From assembly GCA_049509515.1 (NCBI GenBank), contig JBEKZV010000011.1, forward strand, positions 63,737 through 127,736: a stretch of DNA of 64,000 nt. Direction: 5' to 3'. The DNA is from Thermoguttaceae bacterium (GTDB taxonomy: Bacteria > Planctomycetota > Planctomycetia > Pirellulales > Thermoguttaceae). A program made the translations under genes and the position numbers. Below, one piece after another: positions 39,017 through 48,744 of this stretch (positions within the stretch are counted from its first letter, which is position 1; the number at the start of each line of letters is the position of its first letter). Below the pieces are notes generated by a model that worked only from the letters and a program-made list of their open reading frames with translations, made no database searches and was not told the DNA's origin.

Positions 39017-40351
39017 ATGGGCAAGAACCGGCAGATTTCCCGGCGGACCGTCCTGCGGGGCGTCGGCACGGCGATCGCGTTGCCGTGGTTGGAGTCGATC
39101 ATGCCCCGGCTGTCGCAGGCGGCGGACGGCGGACCGCCGCGGCGGATGGCCTTCTTCTCGGTTCCCAACGGCATGCACATGCCCGACTGGACGCCGAAGG
39201 AAGAAGGCCCGCTCGATGTCCTGCCCCCGATCCTCGCGCCGCTGGAGCCGCTCAAGTCGAGCGTCACGGTCCTGAGCGGGCTGACGCTCGACGGCGGCCG
39301 GCCGCAACGCGACGGTCCCGGCGATCACGCCCGCTCGGCCGCCTCGTTCCTCACGGGGGCCCATCCGTACAAGACCAACGGCAAGGACATCCGCAACGGC
39401 GTTTCCGTGGATCAGGCGGCCGCGGAGAACATCGGCCGCCTGACCCGTTTCGCGTCGCTCGAACTGGGCTGCGAGCCCAGCGCGCAGGCGGGCAACTGCG
39501 ATTCGGGCTACAGTTGCGCCTATACGTCCAACATCTCCTGGCGCACTCCGACCTCGCCCCTCGGGAAAGAGGTCAACCCGCGGGCCGTGTTCGACCGCCT
39601 CTTCGGCCCGGCGGAGCCGACTGCGGAAGACCGCGCACGCCGCGGCCAACAAGAACGCCGGCGCATGAGCATTCTGGACTTCGCGGCCGAGGATGCCGCC
39701 GAGTTGCGTCGCAAACTCGACCGGAGCGACGGCCGCAAGCTCGACGAGTACCTGTACGCCGTGCGCGAGATCGAGCGCAGAGTGCAGGCGGCCGAAGGGG
39801 TGGCGGCCTCGGTGCCCGCGAGTGCGCGACCTGCCGGCACGCCCAAGGAATTCGCCGAACACGCGCGTCTGATGATGGACATGATCGTCCTGGCCTTTCG
39901 GACCGATTCCACGCGGATCGCCACCTGCATGTACCTGAACGAGGGCAGCAACCGCAGCTATCCCGAGATCGGCGTGCGGGCCGGCCACCACGAGTTGTCG
40001 CACCACGGCCGCGACCCGGCGAAGCAGGCACAGATCAGCAAGATCAACCGCCATCACCTCGGCCTGTTGGCCGAGTTCTTGCAGAAGCTCAACGCCGCGA
40101 AGGAAGGCGACGGCACCTTGTTACACGGCGCAATGATCCTGTACGGCAGCGGACTGAGCGACGGCGACCGCCACAATCACGACGACCTGCCGATCCTGCT
40201 GGCCGGCCGCGGCGGCGGAACGATCGCCGCCGGCCGCCACCTCCGTTATCCCAAGGAGACTCCGTTGACGAACCTTTACCTGGCGATGCTCGACCGTGTG
40301 GGCGCCGCGATGCCGAAGTTCGGCGACAGCACGGGCAAACTCGAGTTGTAA
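39017..40351 (+). CDS. DUF1552 protein with a TAT signal, the canonical partner of the DUF1592 gene
   Basis: 444 aa. Begins MGKNRQISRRTVLRGVGTAIALPWL. Starts 4 nt after the previous stop. Confidence 0.85.
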   Translation: MGKNRQISRRTVLRGVGTAIALPWLESIMPRLSQAADGGPPRRMAFFSVPNGMHMPDWTPKEEGPLDVLPPILAPLEPLKSSVTVLSGLTLDGGRPQRDGPGDHARSAASFLTGAHPYKTNGKDIRNGVSVDQAAAENIGRLTRFASLELGCEPSAQAGNCDSGYSCAYTSNISWRTPTSPLGKEVNPRAVFDRLFGPAEPTAEDRARRGQQERRRMSILDFAAEDAAELRRKLDRSDGRKLDEYLYAVREIERRVQAAEGVAASVPASARPAGTPKEFAEHARLMMDMIVLAFRTDSTRIATCMYLNEGSNRSYPEIGVRAGHHELSHHGRDPAKQAQISKINRHHLGLLAEFLQKLNAAKEGDGTLLHGAMILYGSGLSDGDRHNHDDLPILLAGRGGGTIAAGRHLRYPKETPLTNLYLAMLDRVGAAMPKFGDSTGKLEL

Positions 40352-41007
40352 CCGCTGTCATCGTCCGGCAAGGCTTGAAAACCAAGATTAGCGAGTATCG
40401 GCCGCACGTCCCTACCGGGAATCTCGTACTCGTTTCCTACGGGCGTCGGCAACGAGTTGTGGCGGGCGGGCGGCGAGTTGCTCTGCCACCGGCTCCCGGA
40501 CCGTGCCGGCGATTCCCGGCTTCTTCGACCTCAAGAGCCTTACCGGGCGGCTTGTCCACATGCCGGCCTTTGAAGACGAGGCGGCTGCCCACCCAGCTTG
40601 CTATGTAGCACACGGCTTATCTTCCAAGTAATCATGCCGGCGAAACCAGAATAGGCGTTACATTCGGCAGTTTATGGCAAGACAGTTGGCGACAAACGTG
40701 ACGTTCTTGTCGAAAAATCTGACCCTTTCGGGTCAATCTTGGCGACTAAACGAATAAAATGCTACAAGCCGAGCAAGACACATAACGGTTGCAAACCCTA
40801 CCCAATGATTCCCCGACAAGTCCCGACCGGCCCCAGTCGAAAGACGTGACTGTTGCAGTAACGCCTTTAAGGCGAGGCCGGCCGGAAACACCCCCCAAGC
40901 GATCCCGCCAGTAGAAACGAAGGGAAACAGCAGATCGATCTCGGTGGAGGATCCCGCCGAGAGCATCCATGTCCACCCGACGGGGTGGCCCACAAGGAGG
41001 TGGCACT

Positions 41008-42516
41008 GTGCGCACGATCAGGCACACCAGAGGCGAGTTTCGGGGCTGTCGCGCGGGTCTAGTCGTGCTGGGGGTTTTGTGCCTCGGGCTCGGCGCGTGC
41101 CGGTCGTCCAGCAACGACTGCCCGCCGCGGCGGATGGAACCCCGATTGGACCCCGGTTGGCCCAGGGCCAATAACTTCTTCACGCAGGTCTCGTACCAGG
41201 AGGTCCGCGCGGCGCTGCCGAAGATCGCGGGGGCGGAGTACGTCAACGACGCCGAGATCTGCGCCACATGCCACGAGACGTACACGAAGTCGTTTGCCGA
41301 CAACGTACACCGCCGCGACAACTGCGAGTCGTGCCACGGCCCGGCCAGCCGCCACGTCGAGACCCGCGGCAAGGAGCCGGGGCTGATCTTCAGCTTCAAG
41401 CAGGGGGATCCCTACGTGCGGGCGGAGGCCTGCCTGCGGTGTCATGAGGAGAACCAGTGCACCCAGGGGGCCCAGTGGCGGACCTCGAAGCACGCGCACT
41501 GCGGCGTGACTTGCGTCGATTGCCACCGCGGCCACTACAACGTGCCTTACGGCACCCCGGCCACCACCGCGCCCGGCGAGGCCCGCGGTCCGCTGGGCGA
41601 GATAACCCAGTTCGCCTCGTTGCGGCTTGCCGCCGAGCCTGCCCCGCCCAAGACGGAGCTGCCTTCGCTCCGCGGGTCGTCGCGGCACCTCGGCGCGGTG
41701 GCGCCGAACGTCTGCTACCGTTGCCACTGCGACATGCAGGACATGCAGCAGATCGCGGGACCGCACCAGGTTTGCGGGCCCAACGGATTCAATTGCACCA
41801 CGTGCCATGATCCGCACGGCGTGCTGAAGGAGTCCTCCAGGAAGGACCTCTGTCTGTGCTGCCACGCGCAGCATGCGCCCACGATGGCCTGGCACTCCTC
41901 GATCCACGCCAATAACGGAGTGGCGTGTACCGACTGCCACAATCCGCACCCGCGGGCCTGCGTCCCGCGGTTCGTCGAGATCGACCACTACCAGGTGAAG
42001 CGGCCCAAGCGGATGCCGATGTCCGTCCAGGAGCCCGAGGCGTGCTACAAATGCCATGCGAAGATGTACGGCCTGAACGCGATGCCTTCGCACCATCCGA
42101 TCAAGGAAGGGAAGATGGTCTGCTCGGACTGCCACGACCCGCACGGCCAGTACCTCGGCAACCTCAAGGACGAAACGATCAACCTGGTGTGCTACCGCTG
42201 CCATGCCGAGAAGCAAGGGCCGTTCGCCTACGAGCACCCGCCGGTGACCGAGAACTGCTGCATCTGCCACGAGCCGCACGGGGCCGTGGCCAAGGACTTG
42301 TTGCGGCAGCCGGTGACCTTCCTGTGCATGCGGTGCCACCCCGGCCACGCCAACAACTCGCATGCCAACATCCTCGTCGGTACGAAAAGCGGCGCCGTTA
42401 CCACCAGCGCCGCGCAATACCAGAAGGGCTTCTACACCGACTGCACCGCCTGCCACGCCGACATCCACGGCAGCAACAGCGCGTCGGTCAGCGGCCACGG
42501 AACCTTAACGCGTTAA
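41008..42516 (+). CDS. Multiheme c-type cytochrome lipoprotein (~14 CxxCH motifs)
   Basis: Listed as an ORF from ATG 40969. GTG at 41008 has a perfect AGGAGG 7 nt upstream and gives a lipoprotein signal ...AGLVVLGVLCLGLGAC. Heme motifs: CATCH, CESCH, CLRCH, CVDCH, CYRCH, CTTCH, CLCCH, CTDCH, CYKCH, CSDCH, CYRCH, CICH, CMRCH, CTACH. Confidence 0.85.
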   Translation: MRTIRHTRGEFRGCRAGLVVLGVLCLGLGACRSSSNDCPPRRMEPRLDPGWPRANNFFTQVSYQEVRAALPKIAGAEYVNDAEICATCHETYTKSFADNVHRRDNCESCHGPASRHVETRGKEPGLIFSFKQGDPYVRAEACLRCHEENQCTQGAQWRTSKHAHCGVTCVDCHRGHYNVPYGTPATTAPGEARGPLGEITQFASLRLAAEPAPPKTELPSLRGSSRHLGAVAPNVCYRCHCDMQDMQQIAGPHQVCGPNGFNCTTCHDPHGVLKESSRKDLCLCCHAQHAPTMAWHSSIHANNGVACTDCHNPHPRACVPRFVEIDHYQVKRPKRMPMSVQEPEACYKCHAKMYGLNAMPSHHPIKEGKMVCSDCHDPHGQYLGNLKDETINLVCYRCHAEKQGPFAYEHPPVTENCCICHEPHGAVAKDLLRQPVTFLCMRCHPGHANNSHANILVGTKSGAVTTSAAQYQKGFYTDCTACHADIHGSNSASVSGHGTLTR

Positions 42517-42589
42517 CCGAGGTTTTACCGCCCGCGGGCGCGCCGACCCGCGGGCTTCTTGATCACCGTTCGCGGCAGGGGGGCTGCTC

Positions 42590-44911
42590 ATGTTTCGGAA
42601 ATACGTGCTCTGCGCCTTCGGGGCGATCACCTGTGCCACGGCTCTGGCCGTGGCGGCCCGCGCCCAGGACGTTCAGGACCCTTACCTGGCCGGGCCGAGC
42701 TGCGGCGTCGTGTCGGACCTGGATGTCCGCATGGGCTACTGGGCGTCGCACACCACGGGCAGCCCGGTCAAGGTCGGCGAGTACCAGGACTTGGCGTCCT
42801 CCCTGTTCTACGACGTGGACATGCTCCGCAGCAACGGTACCCGCACGTTGGACTTCACCGCCAACGGCACCGACCCCGACGCCAACAACGTGTACCTGCA
42901 CTACTTCGGCCCGGGGCTGGCGGGCCAGGGGCTGGAGGCCAACGTCAACTACCAGAGCTTCATACACAACCTCGGCCACGACAATCTGGGCCAGTTCACC
43001 GACTCGGGCGGAACCAACAACAACACCGACAACGGCGCCACCGGCGCCAACATCCGCGGCCAGCAGTTCCTCAGGCAGGACTTCAACCCCGGCGAGGACT
43101 ACGCCATTCGCGTGCAGGAGTTCAAGGCGAACTTCAAGGCCGAGTTGACCCCGGACCTCCGGATCCGGTTGGACGTGTGGGGCATCGACAAGGAGGGGAC
43201 CCGCCAGGTCAACTCGATGCAGGAGTGCTACCCGCACACGTACGCCACCATCGACCCCACCACCACCAGCCTGCCGGCGCAGAGTGCCGGCGGAACCAAC
43301 CACTGCCACATCCTCAGCCAGTCGCAGCACATCGATTGGCAAACCACCGAGGTCAAGCCGGTCGTCGAATGGAACCTCGGCCCGGTCGTCATCGAGTATT
43401 CCCGGCCGATGCGGACCTTCACCCAGGACGATCAGACCGTCTACCGCTTCTATGACTTCGAAGGCGTGACGCCGGGTTCCAAGCCGTACAGCCTCGTCCC
43501 CGACAACACCACGCAGATCGACCAGTTCAAGCTGAATGTGCTGGTGAACGAGGACAACCGCTTCTACGGATTCTTCTACACCGGCAACACCCGCAGCGAG
43601 GGAGAAGCGGTGCTGCCGAGCGGGGAACTGGCCGACGAGGTCAACAACCGCCGCATGACTGGCGCCGACATCCGCTGGACCAACACGACCATCGACAACG
43701 TGACGATCACCCCCTATGCCCGCTACGTGAAGGAAACCAACCTGTTCAGCGAAGAGGCGGATACCACCTTCCCCATCAACTACGAGCGCTCGCAAGCGGG
43801 CGTGCGAACCCTCTGGCGGCCTTTCGGCGGCGGTTTCGGGCTGGGAGGGCTGGCCATCAAGGCCGAGTACGAGTACGGCGATCTGCACCGCGCCAACCTG
43901 GACTTCCCGCAAGACGGCATCGGCCCCGCGGGTGGCCCCGGCCCCAGCATCGCCGCCGGTGAGATCGACGAAGAGCACACCCGTAGCAACATCTTCTCCA
44001 TCGGTCCTACGGTGCGGTGGTCGCCGCAGTTCGACACGTACCTCAAGTACAAGTATTACGATACCCAGGACGCGTTGTACGCCGTGGCTTACCACAACCC
44101 CAGCAGCCGCGACAGCCCCCCCTACTCCTACGCCGGCCTGTCGACCAACAGCGCCCTGCCCGAGTACGACAACATCATCGAGCTCGGCGGCACCTGGCTC
44201 CCCAACGACCGCTTCATGCTCAACGGCTGGATCGGCTTCGACATGCAGAGCCAGAGCGAAGGCCAGTTGGTGATCAACAATACCTTCGCGCCCAGCGCGT
44301 CGCGGACGGAAGCCCTGACTTCCAAGACCGACAACTACCCGTGCGGCCTGAACGGCTCCTACCGGGCCGGCGACAAGTGGACGCTCAACTTCGGCGCCGC
44401 CTATTTCACCAACTGGATCGATCAAGACGTGACCTTCAGCCCCGGCTCGGATCACGGCTTCGGCGGCACGGTCACTCCGCCTTTCCCCGCCGGACCCAAC
44501 CAGTACGGGGCGCTGCTGAACCGCCTCGCCTATGGGGGCCGGGCCGGGGTGTTCAACCTGGGCGCCACCTATCGCCTCAGCCCCAGGCTGCGATTCCAAG
44601 CCCAAGGCGAGTATGTCCACGGCATCGACTCCGCGTACCAACTCTCCGGCGATCCCAACTTCCCGCAGACCAACGCGGCGACCGCGAGCATCCCCGGCAT
44701 CTTCCGCGACGACGTGGTCATTACGCGGGTCTCCGCGGGGATCGATTACCTGGTCTCGAAGCGGTGTACCGCTTACTTCCGCTACGTGCTGTTCGACTAC
44801 CAGGACAGCGCAGACAAGACGCAGTTGGCCGCCTCCACACTGCCGGTCGACGGCCTGCCGCTCTCCGGCACGTCCAACCTGTTCCTCACCGGACTGAACG
44901 CGACGTTCTAG
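42590..44911 (+). CDS. Large outer-membrane beta-barrel protein (773 aa), candidate porin partner of the upstream multiheme cytochrome
   Basis: Signal peptide MFRKYVLCAFGAITCATALAVAARAQD. Aromatic-rich body with alternating hydrophobic residues and many Y/F/W-G-N motifs. C-terminus ...LFLTGLNATF (terminal Phe). No CxxCH motifs. Starts 73 nt after the cytochrome gene. Confidence 0.7.
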   Translation: MFRKYVLCAFGAITCATALAVAARAQDVQDPYLAGPSCGVVSDLDVRMGYWASHTTGSPVKVGEYQDLASSLFYDVDMLRSNGTRTLDFTANGTDPDANNVYLHYFGPGLAGQGLEANVNYQSFIHNLGHDNLGQFTDSGGTNNNTDNGATGANIRGQQFLRQDFNPGEDYAIRVQEFKANFKAELTPDLRIRLDVWGIDKEGTRQVNSMQECYPHTYATIDPTTTSLPAQSAGGTNHCHILSQSQHIDWQTTEVKPVVEWNLGPVVIEYSRPMRTFTQDDQTVYRFYDFEGVTPGSKPYSLVPDNTTQIDQFKLNVLVNEDNRFYGFFYTGNTRSEGEAVLPSGELADEVNNRRMTGADIRWTNTTIDNVTITPYARYVKETNLFSEEADTTFPINYERSQAGVRTLWRPFGGGFGLGGLAIKAEYEYGDLHRANLDFPQDGIGPAGGPGPSIAAGEIDEEHTRSNIFSIGPTVRWSPQFDTYLKYKYYDTQDALYAVAYHNPSSRDSPPYSYAGLSTNSALPEYDNIIELGGTWLPNDRFMLNGWIGFDMQSQSEGQLVINNTFAPSASRTEALTSKTDNYPCGLNGSYRAGDKWTLNFGAAYFTNWIDQDVTFSPGSDHGFGGTVTPPFPAGPNQYGALLNRLAYGGRAGVFNLGATYRLSPRLRFQAQGEYVHGIDSAYQLSGDPNFPQTNAATASIPGIFRDDVVITRVSAGIDYLVSKRCTAYFRYVLFDYQDSADKTQLAASTLPVDGLPLSGTSNLFLTGLNATF

Positions 44912-46383
44912 GGCGTGATCCCGATTGCTTGCGACGGCTTCTGCGCCGAAGTTCGCTCGGCGGGCAGTGGCGGGAGGTCGACCTTCGGCTCGGCCAGGCC
45001 CAGCTCGCGGCAGAGGGCGGAGATGCGATCGGCCACGGCGTGGTTGAGCGTCGTGGCATAGTGCATGTTGTGCACGTCGTTGCCCGTGCGCAGAAAATCC
45101 AGGTCGTGCTCCACGTTCTCCAGCTCGGTGCGGAGCGCGGCCGCGCGGCCGGCGGCGAGATGGGCCGCGGGGACCGCCGCGCGGATCCGCGCCAGGGCGG
45201 AGGCCAGCTCGGGCAGCGACGCGCGGAGCTGGGCGTGGTAGACCTGGAACTGCTTCACGGCGGCCGCGTCGTGGCACATCGAGCAAACGGCCGGCGAGCC
45301 TCGCACGAGCACCGTCCCGGTGGACGAGACCTCTTTCTGCAGATGGCAGGTGCGGCATTCGAGGCGGACGACCGCCATGCCGCCGGACTGGGCGGCGATG
45401 GTCCGGCCGCCGCTTCCCCGGAGCATCTGCACCTGCTCCCCGTGGTGGTTCGGGTGGCAGGATTGGCAATTCGCCGCGGCGTGTTCCAGCTTGCGGCGGT
45501 CCAGCGAGTGCTCGATGGGATTGTGGCAGTGCAGGCAGTCGATCTTGTGCTCGGTGACGTGCTTGGCGTGCATGAACAGCGGGTCGTGGATGCGTTCCAG
45601 GTCGCCCGGGCGGTTGTGGCAGGAGAGGCAGCGCTCGGGGGCCACCTGGCCGTCGCCGCGGATCACGTCGCCGTGGCAGTTGGCGCAGTCGACGCCCTTC
45701 TCGTACGCCAGGTCGTGGGTGAAGGTGACGCCGCCGCCCAGGTCGAACTTCGTGTCGGGGATCTGGTGGCAGTGGGTGCAGGCGCCGAGGCCCTCGTTGA
45801 GCGGCTCGTCCTTGAAGTGGCACAGGAAGCAGGTCGAGGTGGTCACGGTCATGTGGCTGCCCTGGACGATCTGGCTGTGGCAGCTCGTACAGCGGAGCTG
45901 CTTGCCGCGGCGGGTTTCCTTGAGGTGCGGCGTGTGATCGAAGGGCACGCCGTGGAAATCGACCCGCCCGACCAGGAGCCGCGTCTCGTGGCACCCCGAC
46001 CGCAGGCAGCTTGCGTCGGGGATTTCCGCGGTGGGGCGGGTGCCCGCGCTCTGCGTCACGTACTTGGCCAGTTGCACCAGGCCGAGCATCTTGCCGCGGA
46101 GTTTCCCGCCGAGGCCCGGCGGGAAATGGCACTCGATGCAACTCACGTCCTTGTGCGTCGAGGCCTGCCACGACTTGTAGTAGGGCTCCATGATGTGGCA
46201 GCTATTGCAGAACTCAGGGCGCGAGGTGTACCAGCCGGCGCAGGCCACCAGCAGCACCACCAACAGCGCCAGCGAGCCGGCCAGCGCCGCTCCGCGGGCA
46301 GCCAGGCGGCGGAGCGTCCGCCAGGCCGGGCTGGATCGGGCGGCGGCCAGGAACCGGACCAACCGTTGCCATGTTCCGCGCAC
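44908..46383 (-). CDS. Membrane-anchored multiheme c-type cytochrome (~12 hemes, NapC/NirT/NrfH-like N-terminus; ImcH-like architecture)
   Basis: GTG start at 46383. N-terminal TM anchor AALAGSLALLVVLLVACAGWY, then CNSCH, CIECH, CLRSGCH, CTSCH, CFLCH, CTHCH, CANCH, CLSCH, CLHCH, CQSCH, CRTCH, CSMCH. Its stop overlaps the barrel gene's stop at ctag 44908-44911. The start lies 1 nt from the stop of the upstream cytochrome gene. Confidence 0.8.
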   Translation of the reverse strand: MRGTWQRLVRFLAAARSSPAWRTLRRLAARGAALAGSLALLVVLLVACAGWYTSRPEFCNSCHIMEPYYKSWQASTHKDVSCIECHFPPGLGGKLRGKMLGLVQLAKYVTQSAGTRPTAEIPDASCLRSGCHETRLLVGRVDFHGVPFDHTPHLKETRRGKQLRCTSCHSQIVQGSHMTVTTSTCFLCHFKDEPLNEGLGACTHCHQIPDTKFDLGGGVTFTHDLAYEKGVDCANCHGDVIRGDGQVAPERCLSCHNRPGDLERIHDPLFMHAKHVTEHKIDCLHCHNPIEHSLDRRKLEHAAANCQSCHPNHHGEQVQMLRGSGGRTIAAQSGGMAVVRLECRTCHLQKEVSSTGTVLVRGSPAVCSMCHDAAAVKQFQVYHAQLRASLPELASALARIRAAVPAAHLAAGRAAALRTELENVEHDLDFLRTGNDVHNMHYATTLNHAVADRISALCRELGLAEPKVDLPPLPAERTSAQKPSQAIGITP

Positions 46384-46384
46384 G

Positions 46385-48733
46385 TCAGCCCCCCAACCCG
46401 GCGTAGATCATGCCCGCCAACAGCGCCAGCCCCACGCCCAGGGCCCCGTAGCCCAGGGCCGTCACGAGCCACAGCGTCGCGCGGCCCGGGGCGGTCGTCC
46501 GCAGCCCCTCCAATTGCCCCTCGCGGCGGAGCCGCTCGAAGAGCACCGGGCGCGTGTCCTGGAACTCCTCTTCGCTCACCAGGCCGGTCAGTACCGAGCG
46601 GTCCACGGGGAAGACGTCCGGGCGGAGGTGCGTGTTGAAGAAGTGTACGGCGAACACGAAACCGGTGGCCAGCAGGGCCTGCGTGGAGTGGATCACCTGG
46701 GCCACGTTCACGCCGATGCCCGGCAGAAAACGGCAGAAGAAGTTGGGGAACCACAGCACCAGCCCGGTCGAGCCGATGATCACGATGTCGGCGGCCGCGC
46801 CCCAGAAATCGAACTTCTCCCAGTAACCCCAGCGATCGAAGGTCGGCTTGGGCCCCAGGCCGACGAACCACCGCAGCATGGCACAGACATCTTTGACGTC
46901 TTGGAGATTGGGGATGGGAGAATCCGGGCCGAACACCAGCGCGGTCCTCCGCGTGCCGCGGCGGCGGCCCTGCACGTAGAGGCACACCAGCCGCACCAGG
47001 TACGCCGTGAAACAGCCGAAAGTGACCAGGGCGAAGACCCGGTGCCAGAAACTGGTCGAGGCGAAGCCGCCCATGGCCTGTGCCACTCGCTGGGCCCACT
47101 CCATGGAGCTGTACTTCATCGGCAGGCCGGTCAAGGCGAGCCCCAGGAAGGCCAGCAGCATGACGGCGTGTCCGATGCGGTGGAAGCGGGGAAAACGGAC
47201 GTAGGCCGGCCCCAACGGCTGGAGGCGCCGCGGGCGGCCGCCGTGGAACACGTCCACCAAGCCCCGCACGAACCACAGGACCGAGTGCACCCCGAACAGC
47301 CCGAACGTCGTCAACAACACCGTCAGCAGGACCACGTAGACGCCATGCACGATCGGGCTGCGCTGGGGATCGGTATAGTCCGTGTGCGGATCGAAGGCCA
47401 GGAAATTGCCCGAGGCGTTGGCATGGCACTGCCGGCAGGTCTCGGCGCGATTTTCCGCCGACAGCCGCGAGCCGGCCTCGGAGGCCGGCAGGATGTCGTG
47501 GGCCCCGTGGCAGTCCGAGCACTTGGCGGCCGGGGCGTACCCCAACTCCGTCAGGTGGCCGTGGGCGCTCAGGGCGTACTGGCTCTCGAGGTCGGCGTGA
47601 CAGCTTCCGCAGCGGGTTGGCGACTGCAGCCGGAACGCCGCAGAAGTCGGCTGTGCCAAATCGTGCCCCACGTGGCAGGAGGTGCAAGTAGGTCTCTGGT
47701 TAGCCAGTTCGCCCGGCGCGTGCCGGGCACCCGGGGCTTCCCGGGCGGCCGGGCCGCCCGGCGCGCCGCCCCGGCCGTGTACGCTGGCCGCCAGCCACTC
47801 TTCGATAAACCGGTGGCACTTGCCGCAGGTCGCAGCGACCCGCGTGCTGCTGAGCGTGGACCGCTTATCGGGAGCGCGGTAGACCCCGTGGGCCCCGTGG
47901 CAGTCCGCGCAGGCCGGCACCACCAACAGGCCCATCTTGTGCAGCCCCCGCCCGTGCACGCTCTGCATGTACGTTTCGAGGTGCTCCGCATGGCACTCGC
48001 CGCAGACCTTCAATTGGTGGTCGAGGAACACGGGCGACGCCGGGTCGCGGACCCCCAGCAATTGATGTGCGACCGGGCCGTGGCACTGGTCGCACGCCAG
48101 CGGGGTGCCCCGGCCGCGGTCGTCCTTGGCCCCCGCCTTGTCATGCACCCCCTTGACCAGGTCGATCGCCTGCTCTTTGTGACAGGCCGCGCAGAACTTC
48201 TTCACCTCGGCCGGCTTGGAGCGGAAGCCGTCCTCGGCGGCGTGCGGCGTCTGCTTGATGTCCTCCGCCCGGACATTCCCGCCGTGGCAGTCGTGGCAGT
48301 TCACGCCGGCCAGCCAATGCACGTCGCGTTTCAGCCCTTCGCGGGAGATGAACAGCCGCTTCTTGTCGCCCTCCCACAGGTCCGGCTCGCCGTGGCAGAC
48401 GATGCAGTTATTCTTGTCCGGGGGGACGTGGGAGCCTTTTGGCGGCGGCAGGACGATCGCTGCGGGGGCTGCGGCGGCCGGGGCGGTTACGGCGGGAGCC
48501 GGAGTGGCGACCGGAGCCGAGACGGCGCCGGGAGCCGAAGTGGCGATGGGCGCCGGGGGAGCATGCGGGCCGCCCGGTTGGAGAACCGGGGTGGATGCCG
48601 GCGACGGCTGGGCATCGGCCTCGGCCGCCTGGGCCACATAGCCGGGGACCGCTGCCTGCCAGGCAGGCACGGCGCTACCCGCTACCGCCAGGAGGATCGC
48701 TGCCGGCAGCAACCACGCGAAAAACCGTTTCAT
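46385..48733 (-). CDS. Fusion of an ~11-heme c-type cytochrome domain with a multi-TM b-type cytochrome domain (CbcL-like architecture)
   Basis: Listed as an ORF to 48805. Start at ATG 48733 (MKRFFAWLLPAAILLAVAGSAVPA, signal). Heme motifs: CIVCH, CHDCH, CAACH, CDQCH, CGECH, CADCH, CGKCH, CTSCH, CGSCH, CSDCH, CRQCH. The C-terminal ~300 aa has at least 6 TM helices with conserved His residues (RFHRIGHAVM, VIHSTQALL, AVHFFNTHLRP), similar to HydC/FdnI-type diheme cytochrome b. Confidence 0.85.
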   Translation of the reverse strand: MKRFFAWLLPAAILLAVAGSAVPAWQAAVPGYVAQAAEADAQPSPASTPVLQPGGPHAPPAPIATSAPGAVSAPVATPAPAVTAPAAAAPAAIVLPPPKGSHVPPDKNNCIVCHGEPDLWEGDKKRLFISREGLKRDVHWLAGVNCHDCHGGNVRAEDIKQTPHAAEDGFRSKPAEVKKFCAACHKEQAIDLVKGVHDKAGAKDDRGRGTPLACDQCHGPVAHQLLGVRDPASPVFLDHQLKVCGECHAEHLETYMQSVHGRGLHKMGLLVVPACADCHGAHGVYRAPDKRSTLSSTRVAATCGKCHRFIEEWLAASVHGRGGAPGGPAAREAPGARHAPGELANQRPTCTSCHVGHDLAQPTSAAFRLQSPTRCGSCHADLESQYALSAHGHLTELGYAPAAKCSDCHGAHDILPASEAGSRLSAENRAETCRQCHANASGNFLAFDPHTDYTDPQRSPIVHGVYVVLLTVLLTTFGLFGVHSVLWFVRGLVDVFHGGRPRRLQPLGPAYVRFPRFHRIGHAVMLLAFLGLALTGLPMKYSSMEWAQRVAQAMGGFASTSFWHRVFALVTFGCFTAYLVRLVCLYVQGRRRGTRRTALVFGPDSPIPNLQDVKDVCAMLRWFVGLGPKPTFDRWGYWEKFDFWGAAADIVIIGSTGLVLWFPNFFCRFLPGIGVNVAQVIHSTQALLATGFVFAVHFFNTHLRPDVFPVDRSVLTGLVSEEEFQDTRPVLFERLRREGQLEGLRTTAPGRATLWLVTALGYGALGVGLALLAGMIYAGLGG

Positions 48734-48744
48734 GCGTCGCTGGC

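Noticed and set aside
37028-40057. 1009-aa minus-strand ORF antisense to the DUF1592/DUF1552 pair
   Set aside because: The plus-strand genes have TAT and Sec signals and conserved family blocks. The antisense translation is low-complexity.
42563-46171. 1202-aa minus-strand ORF spanning the beta-barrel and cytochrome genes
   Set aside because: It is an antisense frame with Arg/Pro/Gly-rich low complexity. Real genes with export signals and heme motifs occupy both strands here.
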